Position numbers and translations under genes: made by a program
NCBI GenBank assembly: GCA_030433255.1
Contig: JAUIMI010000001.1
Coordinates: 311,362 to 375,361, forward strand
Direction of reading: 5' to 3'
Source: a bacterium
Lineage (GTDB): Bacteria; Patescibacteriota; Minisyncoccia; Phycocordibacterales; UBA1006
Length of the DNA: 64,000 nt
The notes under the pieces: generated by a model
Told to the model about the DNA's origin: nothing
Databases searched by the model: none
Seen by the model: the letters and a program-made list of their open reading frames with translations, nothing else
Shown here: positions 1 through 9,037 of the stretch, one piece after another
How positions within the stretch are numbered: the stretch's first letter is position 1
Layout of the letters: every line of letters begins with the position of its first letter

Positions 1-43
1 AAGTATTTCGTATGATAAATAAACTCATGATATAATCATATTT

Positions 44-1384
44 ATGAAAAGAATTTCATTAAAATTCTTTATACTTTTATTTATAACAATATTTTCAGGT
101 ATTGGTTTTTTATCATTTACTTATGCGCAAAGTGTTTCAGAGCTTGAACAACAAATAAAAGACCGTGAGCAGGAACGTGCTGAATTAGAAAAAGAAGCAG
201 AGCGTATACAACAAGAGCTCAGTACTACTCAAGGTGAAAAATCAGCACTAACAGCAGAACTTAATCGAATTAATGGTGAACGTAAAAGTCTAGAAAATAC
301 AATTAAAAAAACCGAAAATCAAATTGCAAGTTTAGATTTAAAAATTGATAAATCTCAAAAGGAAATTTCTCGTTATTCTTCAGAAATTCAAAGCCATGTG
401 GGGAAAATTGCTGGATTATTGCGAGGTATTGATAGGTACAACTCACTTTCTATATTAGAAGTATTAGCTTCTTCGGGTGATTTTTCTGATGTTTTTCTTG
501 CTCGTGATTCATATACTCGATTACAAAATCCTTTGGTTAGTCTTACTCATGAACTTGAACTTAAAAAAATAGATTTAAGAAAAGAAAATGAATTACTAGC
601 ATTGGAACAATCAGAATTAGAAGAGGAAAAAAATATTCTTGGGGATCAACGATCAATAATTAAAACAAAAGAAGAAGAGAAAAATAAGGTATTATCTGAA
701 ACAACAAAAAAGGAATCTTCATACCAACAATCTCTCTCTCAAACACTTGCAACAATTGATGCTCTCGATAAAGAAATTCGTGATTTTGAGTCAAAATTAG
801 AGTTTGCATTAAACCCAAATTCAATACCACAAAAGGGATCAGCAGTACTTGATTGGCCACTACAATCGGTTTTGATTACACAGCGTTTTGGAAAAACTGT
901 TTCCTCTGAACGTTTATATGTTTCAGGTTCACATAGTGGTATGGATTTTCGTGCAGCTGTTGGAACTCCGGTATATGCGGTAGCAGACGGTATTGTAAAA
1001 GGTGTTGGAGATACAGATACTATTTGCCCAAATGCGTCGTTTGGTAAGTGGGTATTTATTGAACATAATGTAGGATTATCGACCACATCAGGTCATTTAT
1101 CAAAATATATTGTAAAAGAAGGCCAGGCTGTAAAGAAAGGTGATGTTATTGCATACTCAGGAAATACTGGTCGTAGTACTGCTCCACACTTGCATTTAAC
1201 GGTTTATGCAACAAAAGGGGTCAATGGTGAAACAGGAGCTCGTGTTACTGATAGGCCAAGTGCAGCGTGTGCAGGTAAAACGTACCGTATGCCGTTGGCA
1301 CCTACGAGTGCATATTTAGATCCAATTGATTATTTACCAAAAACAGATACCTCTTATTTTAAACACCCATCATTGGTAATTTAA
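44..1384 (+). CDS. Coiled-coil M23 family metallopeptidase (EnvC/murein hydrolase-like)
   Basis: N-terminal signal/TM, long coiled coil, C-terminal M23 motifs HSGMD and STAPHLH. Confidence 0.9.
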   Translation: MKRISLKFFILLFITIFSGIGFLSFTYAQSVSELEQQIKDREQERAELEKEAERIQQELSTTQGEKSALTAELNRINGERKSLENTIKKTENQIASLDLKIDKSQKEISRYSSEIQSHVGKIAGLLRGIDRYNSLSILEVLASSGDFSDVFLARDSYTRLQNPLVSLTHELELKKIDLRKENELLALEQSELEEEKNILGDQRSIIKTKEEEKNKVLSETTKKESSYQQSLSQTLATIDALDKEIRDFESKLEFALNPNSIPQKGSAVLDWPLQSVLITQRFGKTVSSERLYVSGSHSGMDFRAAVGTPVYAVADGIVKGVGDTDTICPNASFGKWVFIEHNVGLSTTSGHLSKYIVKEGQAVKKGDVIAYSGNTGRSTAPHLHLTVYATKGVNGETGARVTDRPSAACAGKTYRMPLAPTSAYLDPIDYLPKTDTSYFKHPSLVI

Positions 1385-1425
1385 TTTATTTATTGTATAG
1401 TTTTTTTATGATATATACTCAGAAC

Positions 1426-1737
1426 ATGGCGGGGAATAGAGGTTCTATAAAATGGATTATTCTTATTATTCTTGGAATTATTATTGCATCTTATTTTTTT
1501 GATTTTAGTGTACAAGATGCAGTAGAAGATGAACAGACTCAAGAAAATTTCTCATATATTAAATCCCATTTTCTCAATTTCTATAATCTTTATTTACAAA
1601 ATTTTACAGAGCCAATAATTAATTTTTTTAATGAATATATTTGGTCAGTGTTCATTGAAAATATGGAGAATGTTCAAAACGGAGAAACAACCGTGTTTGA
1701 TGAAGCTGCAGCAAACGTAACTATTAATTATAATTAA
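1426..1737 (+). CDS. Hypothetical membrane-anchored protein
   Basis: ORF with N-terminal TM helix; start moved to ATG 1426, 6 nt after TATACT. Confidence 0.65.
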   Translation: MAGNRGSIKWIILIILGIIIASYFFDFSVQDAVEDEQTQENFSYIKSHFLNFYNLYLQNFTEPIINFFNEYIWSVFIENMENVQNGETTVFDEAAANVTINYN

Positions 1738-1799
1738 GGAACCTTATATGTTAGGTTTTTTAATTTACTTTTTAATTAAAGAACCTTAAGATACTAGTT

Positions 1800-2396
1800 A
1801 TGAACATACATTCGGCACAATTTATAAAAGGAGTAGTAGGTGAAGATGGAATTATGTACGACGGAACACCGCACGTTGCTTTTATCGGTAGATCTAATGT
1901 CGGAAAATCCAGTACACTTAATGCAATATTGGAACGAAAGAAATTAGTTAAAACTGGAAGAACTCCAGGGAAAACTCGAGAGATTAACTTCTTTAAGTTA
2001 ATTACAGATAAGCAACAGGTATCGTATTTTGTTGATTTACCAGGATATGGATATGCAAAGCTATCAAAAAAACAGCGTGAAGAGCTTGCAGATTTAATTA
2101 GATGGTATATTACTCATCCTGAGGCCGATACGGCTCTTATTTGCTTAATTATTGATTCAAAGGTAGGTTTATCGGCCATAGATAAGGAATTCATTCATTT
2201 AATGGATATCGCAGGTAAAGACTATATTATAGCCGCAAACAAAATCGATAAAATAAATCAAAAATCTCAAAATAAACTTAAAAAAGAATTATTAGCTGAA
2301 ATTAAACCAGGTACAAAGATTTTTTATTACTCGGCACATAAAGGCAAAAATATTAATCTACTGCGTGAATATTTATTTAGTGGTAGTAGAGAATAA
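1800..2396 (+). CDS. engB: Ribosome biogenesis GTPase YsxC/EngB
   Basis: GRSNVGKS, TPGKT, VDLPGYGYAK and NKID motifs. Confidence 0.95.
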   Translation: MNIHSAQFIKGVVGEDGIMYDGTPHVAFIGRSNVGKSSTLNAILERKKLVKTGRTPGKTREINFFKLITDKQQVSYFVDLPGYGYAKLSKKQREELADLIRWYITHPEADTALICLIIDSKVGLSAIDKEFIHLMDIAGKDYIIAANKIDKINQKSQNKLKKELLAEIKPGTKIFYYSAHKGKNINLLREYLFSGSRE

Positions 2397-2400
2397 CCAG

Positions 2401-2433
2401 AAATACCTTGAATTCTTTGAAACAAGGTATTTT
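2401..2433 (+). terminator. Intrinsic terminator after engB
   Basis: aaataccttg...caaggtattt inverted repeat followed by a T-tract. Confidence 0.65.
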
Positions 2434-2463
2434 TTATTGATATACCTGTTATTATATAATATA

Positions 2464-2491
2464 ACGTCGTAAAATATATGTTGTGCGACGT
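2464..2491. other. dif-like Xer recombination site (left island boundary)
   Basis: ACGTCGTAAAA-TATATG-TTGTGCGACGT: 11-6-11 imperfect palindrome at the point where gene orientation converges. Confidence 0.7.
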
Positions 2492-2675
2492 TAATACAAG
2501 ATGTTTTTATGCCCTTTTAAGGGCATTTGACGTACATGCTTATTGAAACGGTGGTAACCTAAACATAAAGCATTATACTTTATAAAGATATTTCCGCTTT
2601 TGAGATATATTCATAGTTAAAAGTACATTTTGAATTATATCGCAATCCAACAAAAAAACAACCCTAAGGTCACTT

Positions 2676-3113
2676 TTACGAAGCCTGAAGTAGAACATCC
2701 CTCAATTTTAAGGCTTCCAATAATGAAGAGTCCAAGGTTAATGTTGGTTTGTTTTGGTTCAAATTGGATACTTCAGACTGTTGCCCTCCTTTTCTAGACA
2801 TATACTTTCCTGCCAATTCCTGATGACGGTTCGCACATAAATGTGTATAAGTAAATGAAGATTCAGGTTTTACATGTCTCAGAATCACCGAGACGTCTCT
2901 CATATTACCTCCCTGTTCTAAAATGCTATTCGCCTTGCCATGCCTAAAGCTGTGCGGTGTATAATTCTTGTCGATATTGGCATCTTCACACAGTAATTTC
3001 ATCCAACGTTGTACACTTCGCTGCGTGAATGGTTTCTTCGTTTTTGGATTAATCAAAAGTTCATCATGGTCAGTATCGAACCCTAGCCGTATCCCTAAAT
3101 AAATATTGAGCAA
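2676..3113 (-). pseudogene. Truncated XerC/D-like tyrosine recombinase (C-terminal catalytic part only)
   Basis: HSFRH, ILRH and YTH catalytic motifs; N-terminal domain and first catalytic Arg region missing. Confidence 0.8.
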
Positions 3114-3347
3114 GAGAAGAGTAAATACAGCGATAGCTTCGAATTTGAAATAATTAAAGCCTATAACGAATTATAGGCTAAACAATCAGTAGTGTTGGGA
3201 TATAGAATTCAACACCTTGTTTTTTGAATTAAGGTACTCGTACCCGTTTGGAGTTAGCTGATTAAGCTTTATTGTCTAACGTATTAAATATACTTGGTAA
3301 GCTTCTTCATTAGATCGTTTCATAACAGAACATTTAAAAAAGGAAAG

Positions 3348-3545
3348 TTATTTTACAAAAAGAAAATGAATAAAATAATTTGTCAAAAATTTCACTTCTT
3401 GTTTGGTCGGTCTTATAATACCAACATTGAATCCTATTTGGTTCAAGCGTGCTTGTAGAATTTTTACCTCAGTTGCCACATCTTTGGTATAGAAATGGTA
3501 ACGACCATCTCTGGCACCTGCTTTGACGTTTTGAGGCACTAACAT
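3348..3545 (-). pseudogene. Remnant of a peptidoglycan-binding domain, paralogous to the C-terminus of 3680-6742
   Basis: KAGARDGRYH...TEVKILQARLNQIGF aligns by eye with KVGDRNGSFS...TEVKILQAHMNRLGF. Confidence 0.6.
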
Positions 3546-3679
3546 TGATCAGCGTAAGTATTACGTATTCGGACACTACCTTGAATTCTGCGAATACTAG
3601 TTTAAGTAATATAGGCTCTGTTTCAAAATGTTAACTTTCAATTTATATTAAAAAACACCATTTGGTGTTTTTTAAGTAA

Positions 3680-6600
3680 CTAATTCAATGATGTAACTCC
3701 ATCTAATGCCACTCCAGAAAGAGCATTTAAATGCCCTGCGGTTTCAGGTCCAATAATTCCATCAAGGATTAAGTTATTAGCTTGTTGGTATGAACGAATA
3801 CCTGCGTAGGTAAGCCCTCCGTAAATACCATCAAATGGTCCAATGGAATGGCCAAGTGAAGCAATACATTCTTGTGCTTGACGTATGTCATTTCCTGTCA
3901 TTCCTCGTTTGATTAATCGTCTGTAATTGATGAAACATTTGGCATCTTCTACAACAGGAGTTGATTCTACTTCTATTACTTCTTTCCCACAACTATTGTT
4001 AATCAATGATCTTGTAATTGGTCCAACATATCCGTCCTGAGTTGTACCTAGATATGCTTGCATACGTTTAATAGCTCCGTCAGTAATTGGTCCCAAGATC
4101 CCATCTACTTTCCCTGATGCAAACCCTAATCTATTCATATGTGCTTGAAGAATTTTAACTTCCGTTATGGTTTCATTTTCCCATGATGAGAAGCTTCCGT
4201 TGCGGTCTCCTACTTTCATGTTTTGATTTAGTATTTGAGATGATGGACATTGTTCCCCTTTTCCAAGCTCTTCAGAAACAGGAGTTCCAAAAATTTCTGC
4301 TAACTTTTCTTTTGATACACGCCTTGAACTTCCTTTTGAAGTTGAAGTCGTAGCATCATCATCCGTTAGCGTTACGATATGTGCTTGGTCAGCAACCGCA
4401 TCATACTCATCAGCACTTGCAGCAGCATTGATGCTAGCGGTGATACTTGCGGTGTCGGTTTGCACAAGGTCATCGTCAACACCTGTGACGGTAACCGTTT
4501 GAGGTGTATCCCAGTTTGCTGGTGTAAAGGTCAGTGAGCTTGGTGATACCGTTGCTTCGTTGGTGTCACTTGAACTCAGGTCGATGACAACATCTGAGGT
4601 TGGTTCAGCATCAAGCACAATGGTGTAGCTTGCTGTTCCTGCGTTTTCTGAAGCTGTTGATGTGTTTGATGATTGAGTGAAATCAGCCATATCATCATCA
4701 GTGATGATAATTGAAGCGGTTGCATCTGCTACCCCATCATAGGTATCATCAGAGGCAGCATCATTTACCGAAATCGTAAGTGTAGCTGAGTCATCACGGT
4801 CAAGATCATCGTTAACTGCTGTTACGGTGATGGTTTGGTTGACGTTCCAGTTACCTGTAGTAAAAGTCAGTGAACTTGGCGAGACGGTGGCTTCCCCAGT
4901 GTCACTTGAACTCAGGTCGATGACAACATCAGTAAGTGGCTGTGAACCCAACCGAACATTGAAACTCCCAGTTCCTGCATTTTCAAGAATGGTTAATCCA
5001 GTTGTGGTAATTCCACTTGGGTCGATGATAATAGAAGCGGCATCATCATCCGTTAGCGTTACGATATGTGCTTGGTCAGCAACCGCATCATACTCATCAG
5101 CACTTGCAGCAGCATTGATGCTAGCGGTGATACTTGCGGTGTCGGTTTGCACAAGGTCATCGTCAACACCTGTGACGGTAACCGTTTGAGGTGTATCCCA
5201 GTTTGCTGGTGTAAAGGTCAGTGAGCTTGGTGATACCGTTGCTTCGTTGGTGTCACTTGAACTCAGGTCGATGACAACATCTGAGGTTGGTTCAGCATCA
5301 AGCACAATGGTGTAGCTTGCTGTTCCTGCGTTTTCTGAAGCTGTTGATGTGTTTGATGATTGAGTGAAAGAAGTAACCACATTTACAATACGTGTTACTT
5401 CGATAGCATCATTTCCAGCCGCATCAGCTACATTATATGTGATAGTGTAACTACCAAGAGTGGATGTATCTACTGGATTTACAGTTACAATATTTACTGT
5501 GATATCTCCATCAAGATTATCTGTTGCAGCCGCTCCAGCATCTGAATATGGAGTATTTACAGGGACTGTTACAGGGTCACTCCCTGTAAGTGTTATAACA
5601 GGGGGTGTTGTATCTTGTAACCATAGTCTATTTTGAAAATCACCATTATCCCCATTGACTACGTAAACATCAATTTCCCCATCATTGTTTACGTCCCCAG
5701 TTGTAACCCCAAATGATTCCCCAGTATCTCCTGTAATGTTGTTTTGTGTAAAGTTTCCAGATCCATCATTTTCCCAAATAATATTCTGAAAACCAAAATA
5801 CATTGCAATAAGGATATCCAAATCACCATCACCATCAAAATCAACAATTTCTGAATCTTGAGCAGTACCTCCATAGTCATTAGCGATATTTTGAGAGGCA
5901 AATGTCCCATCATTATTATTTATCCAAAACCGATTTAGATTAACAGGTTGGTCATCATAGTATGAGGTTAGGTATAAATCAATATCATTATCACCATCTA
6001 TGTCACCGACAACTACTGAACGACCTGGGCAACCATTATTTTGATCCGTACATATATCACCAGTTATGTTACCACTTACAAAAGTTCCATCCCCATTTCC
6101 GAGCCATAATTTGTTCTGGTTATTATACGCTGCTCGTGAAGCGTAAATGTCTAGGTTTCCATCGTTATTAAAATCAGCCATTGCTACATCATCAGCAATA
6201 CCATCTCCTGAAATACTTCCATCAATGAAATTCCCAGTCCCATCATTTATCCAAAGAACATTGGTTCCGCCACTAAATGCTCCTACATAAATATCTAAAT
6301 CGCCATCATTATCAACATCGCCAATAACAACCGAACTAGACCGAGAAGTTGTTGAGTCAGCTGGAATATCGGCATTTGTAAATGTACCATCTCCATTTCC
6401 AAGCCATAGTTTATTTTTACTAAAACTATTGGTGACATAGATATCCAAATTCCCATCACCGTTAAGGTCTGCCATAGCTGCATCGGTAGTGTTTCCTTGG
6501 TCATCACCTAGAATATCAGAATTGGTAAAAGTTCCATCCCTATTTCCGATCCATAATTTATTTTGCTCTAATCGAGCACCTACATATATGTCTAAGTTTC

Positions 6601-6742
6601 CATCGTTGTTAACGTCACCCATTATGGCTGAACGTGAATTTCCTAAATCATTAGGAATATCTTGTGAAACGAATTCGGCATAAGCGCCTTGAGCACTAAA
6701 AGCAAGCGCAAGTAATAAAATAATCTTTGTATAATACTTCAT
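3680..6742 (-). CDS. Surface protein: FG-GAP/VCBS repeats, DUF5011 Ig-like domain, three Calx-beta-like repeats, two peptidoglycan-binding domains
   Basis: Signal peptide; about 7 GDxxxDGxLDIYV repeats; DTTPPVITLTG...YNVADAAGN; repeated TFTPANWDTPQTVTV; DGILGPIT and DGIYGGLT motifs. Confidence 0.85.
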   Translation of the reverse strand: MKYYTKIILLLALAFSAQGAYAEFVSQDIPNDLGNSRSAIMGDVNNDGNLDIYVGARLEQNKLWIGNRDGTFTNSDILGDDQGNTTDAAMADLNGDGNLDIYVTNSFSKNKLWLGNGDGTFTNADIPADSTTSRSSSVVIGDVDNDGDLDIYVGAFSGGTNVLWINDGTGNFIDGSISGDGIADDVAMADFNNDGNLDIYASRAAYNNQNKLWLGNGDGTFVSGNITGDICTDQNNGCPGRSVVVGDIDGDNDIDLYLTSYYDDQPVNLNRFWINNNDGTFASQNIANDYGGTAQDSEIVDFDGDGDLDILIAMYFGFQNIIWENDGSGNFTQNNITGDTGESFGVTTGDVNNDGEIDVYVVNGDNGDFQNRLWLQDTTPPVITLTGSDPVTVPVNTPYSDAGAAATDNLDGDITVNIVTVNPVDTSTLGSYTITYNVADAAGNDAIEVTRIVNVVTSFTQSSNTSTASENAGTASYTIVLDAEPTSDVVIDLSSSDTNEATVSPSSLTFTPANWDTPQTVTVTGVDDDLVQTDTASITASINAAASADEYDAVADQAHIVTLTDDDAASIIIDPSGITTTGLTILENAGTGSFNVRLGSQPLTDVVIDLSSSDTGEATVSPSSLTFTTGNWNVNQTITVTAVNDDLDRDDSATLTISVNDAASDDTYDGVADATASIIITDDDMADFTQSSNTSTASENAGTASYTIVLDAEPTSDVVIDLSSSDTNEATVSPSSLTFTPANWDTPQTVTVTGVDDDLVQTDTASITASINAAASADEYDAVADQAHIVTLTDDDATTSTSKGSSRRVSKEKLAEIFGTPVSEELGKGEQCPSSQILNQNMKVGDRNGSFSSWENETITEVKILQAHMNRLGFASGKVDGILGPITDGAIKRMQAYLGTTQDGYVGPITRSLINNSCGKEVIEVESTPVVEDAKCFINYRRLIKRGMTGNDIRQAQECIASLGHSIGPFDGIYGGLTYAGIRSYQQANNLILDGIIGPETAGHLNALSGVALDGVTSLN
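4353..4682. repeat. 330-bp intragenic direct repeat, copy 1
   Basis: Appears identical by eye to 5040-5369 (offset 687 nt, 229 codons). Confidence 0.9.
5040..5369. repeat. 330-bp intragenic direct repeat, copy 2
   Basis: Appears identical by eye to 4353-4682. Confidence 0.9.
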
Positions 6743-6857
6743 ATCAATTTAAATATTAACCTAAGTCATTATTATTTACAATATCCTTGAACGAAAATTT
6801 GACTTGCAAAAATTGCTTATTGAAGTATAGTTGTATTAAATTTTAAACAAGTAAATT

Positions 6858-7352
6858 ATGAAACAATTATTTCTTCTAGTATTGGTATTTTTCTCTATTA
6901 CAGTGCAAGCTCAAGTTGGGCTAGGTACCAACACCCCAGACCCTAATTCTATATTGGATTTAACAAGTAACAATAAGGGATTGCTTATCCCTCGAATGCT
7001 AACTAGTGATCGTTTAGCTATTACATCACCACCAAACGGGTTAATCGTATTTGATGTTGATACCAATGGCATATGCTATTTTTCCTCTACTTTGGATTGG
7101 GTTTGCATTGATGCAGAGTCTACTAATGGATGGGTGCAATCTGTTGATGGCACAACACCAGCAAGTGATGCAACTCAATCCATTGAGCGTTCTGGTGACC
7201 TAGAAATTTCAACCACAAGTTTTCAGATTAGTATCTCTGAGTCAGGTGGGATTACACTCAAAAACACCTCAAGTAATTCAAGTATAGAAATACAAAGCGA
7301 CGGTAAGATAAAGATGACCGGAGCAAGTGGAAGTTTTGTATACATTAATTAG
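6858..7352 (+). CDS. Secreted protein of Bacteroidota type (QVGxGTxxP / KGLLIPRM family)
   Basis: Signal peptide ending AQ, then QVGLGTNTP...LDLTSNNKGLLIPRM...GLIVFD. Confidence 0.75.
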   Translation: MKQLFLLVLVFFSITVQAQVGLGTNTPDPNSILDLTSNNKGLLIPRMLTSDRLAITSPPNGLIVFDVDTNGICYFSSTLDWVCIDAESTNGWVQSVDGTTPASDATQSIERSGDLEISTTSFQISISESGGITLKNTSSNSSIEIQSDGKIKMTGASGSFVYIN

Positions 7353-7492
7353 TTGAAAATTGAATTTAGAAAAGCCCTTACACTCGTATAGGCTTTTTTT
7401 TAAATTACTTAAAGGACATTTAATACAAGGATTACAATATCTAAAGGACATTTAAAAACAGGCTATTTTTAAGTAGCCTGTTTGTTATTTAG

Positions 7493-8863
7493 TTAACGTA
7501 TAATTAATTTTTTAGATATTATCTTGTTGCTTGTAAGTATACTCACATGATACATTCCAGATGATAGATTAGGTAATTGTAAGCTTGTATTATCCGCCAA
7601 TAAACTACTATCATAATAAGCCATGGTTTTACCCAATGGATTATAGATAGTCACCTCTTGTATTGTAATAGCTTCGGGTAAGATAAAATGTATCTCTGTT
7701 GTTGCAGGATTTGGATATAAACGAATACTGTCAGTGGAGTCCTCAATATCTGAAACTCCCAAAGTAGCTTCATTTATGACATACATCTCAGTGATTAATT
7801 CATTTTCATATTGACCAACACCAATGTTGCCAGAAGTTAAGAGAACATTTGAAACTATCCCTTGATAAGGCATCTTTACAATAACGGATGAACCATATGC
7901 TCTATCAGCCGGAATAAAATTAGGATCTAGCGTCAAATTTGAGCCAGTATCGATGTAAATTCCTGCACTGGGATTCGGTTGTGATTGAAAACCAGCTACA
8001 TAATAGTCAAAACTTCCATCACTATTAAAATCATGTTCAAGAATATTAGCCTGTATATGATTAGGAATTACACTCGAACTTAACTCCGTAACACCATCTG
8101 AATCCACAAAATAAATATCAGATGTGTTGTTGTTAGTTTTAAGAATATACCTTCCAAATTCATTAAACACCAAAATGGTATCTGAACCCAATAAGCCTCT
8201 TGTACCTCTCAAGACATTATACGTGCCATTGTTGTTGCTAACCATAACATAACAATTATTATTCACATCATTGTTTGGTGTTGAGTTAAGAGAACTGGTA
8301 TCATCTACTATTTTTGTAAAGAATCCATTGGAATTTTCATAAATAATAGAACGTAAACGAAAACTTGCATCACGACCACTTGTTCGTAAATCAAGATCGC
8401 CATCATTATCAACATCGAAAAAATCAGCTATAACATCGTAAAGTCCAATGAGGTTTTGGGATACATTGTACCCTCCATTCCCGTCATCCATACGAATTTC
8501 TGCAAAAGGATTTGAATTGGGCAAATTAAGATTTGGCGTACCGATAATAAGAATATCTGGACCATACAGCCCATCAAGATCAGCCTGAAGTATTTTTCCA
8601 TACCCCACATCTGGCAATGTTCCCGTCTGAGCAAACATGTCATTTGTGTCATCAAAGTCGTAAATGCGAGTCCCAAGAATAGAATTATCCTCTATTCCAT
8701 ATCCGATTAATCGATTATGTAAACCATCTCCGTTAGTGTCGATAGGTAGAAATTCTCCTTTGACAGGAACGAGATTGTGCTGAATAGTTCCATAATTTAG
8801 TTGAGCACACACATTGAAAATAGGTGCAATTGCCATCATCAAAAACAAAATAATTTTTTTCAT
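7493..8863 (-). CDS. FG-GAP/VCBS-repeat protein with T9SS type A C-terminal sorting domain
   Basis: Signal peptide; DVDNDGDLDL and DFNSDG repeats; C-terminal LYPNP...IYNPLGK...LSSGMY...KKLIIR. Confidence 0.85.
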   Translation of the reverse strand: MKKIILFLMMAIAPIFNVCAQLNYGTIQHNLVPVKGEFLPIDTNGDGLHNRLIGYGIEDNSILGTRIYDFDDTNDMFAQTGTLPDVGYGKILQADLDGLYGPDILIIGTPNLNLPNSNPFAEIRMDDGNGGYNVSQNLIGLYDVIADFFDVDNDGDLDLRTSGRDASFRLRSIIYENSNGFFTKIVDDTSSLNSTPNNDVNNNCYVMVSNNNGTYNVLRGTRGLLGSDTILVFNEFGRYILKTNNNTSDIYFVDSDGVTELSSSVIPNHIQANILEHDFNSDGSFDYYVAGFQSQPNPSAGIYIDTGSNLTLDPNFIPADRAYGSSVIVKMPYQGIVSNVLLTSGNIGVGQYENELITEMYVINEATLGVSDIEDSTDSIRLYPNPATTEIHFILPEAITIQEVTIYNPLGKTMAYYDSSLLADNTSLQLPNLSSGMYHVSILTSNKIISKKLIIR

Positions 8864-9037
8864 CTTTTTAAATTTTAAGGTTTATTTGATTTGATATTAC
8901 CATGAACTCTTTCTTTTTACTATAAACTGAAAAAGCCTAACACTATATGATTATATATTTACAGGATAACTGTATATTCCCTTGCTTTGTTCAAACACTT
9001 GTTTTAGTTTAGCTTTCATCCATAAAACAAAGAATAC

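Noticed and set aside
3255-3282. Possible third dif-like site (right arm TTGTCTAACGT)
   Set aside because: Left arm does not match and the conserved CG is missing
3566-3597. TATTCG...CGAATA inverted repeat resembling a dif site
   Set aside because: Arm spacing is 3 nt too long for 11-6-11 geometry
4353-5369. Repeat pair as CRISPR or DGR template/variable repeat
   Set aside because: In-frame domain duplication with no visible adenine-specific mismatches, no spacers, and no RT or cas genes
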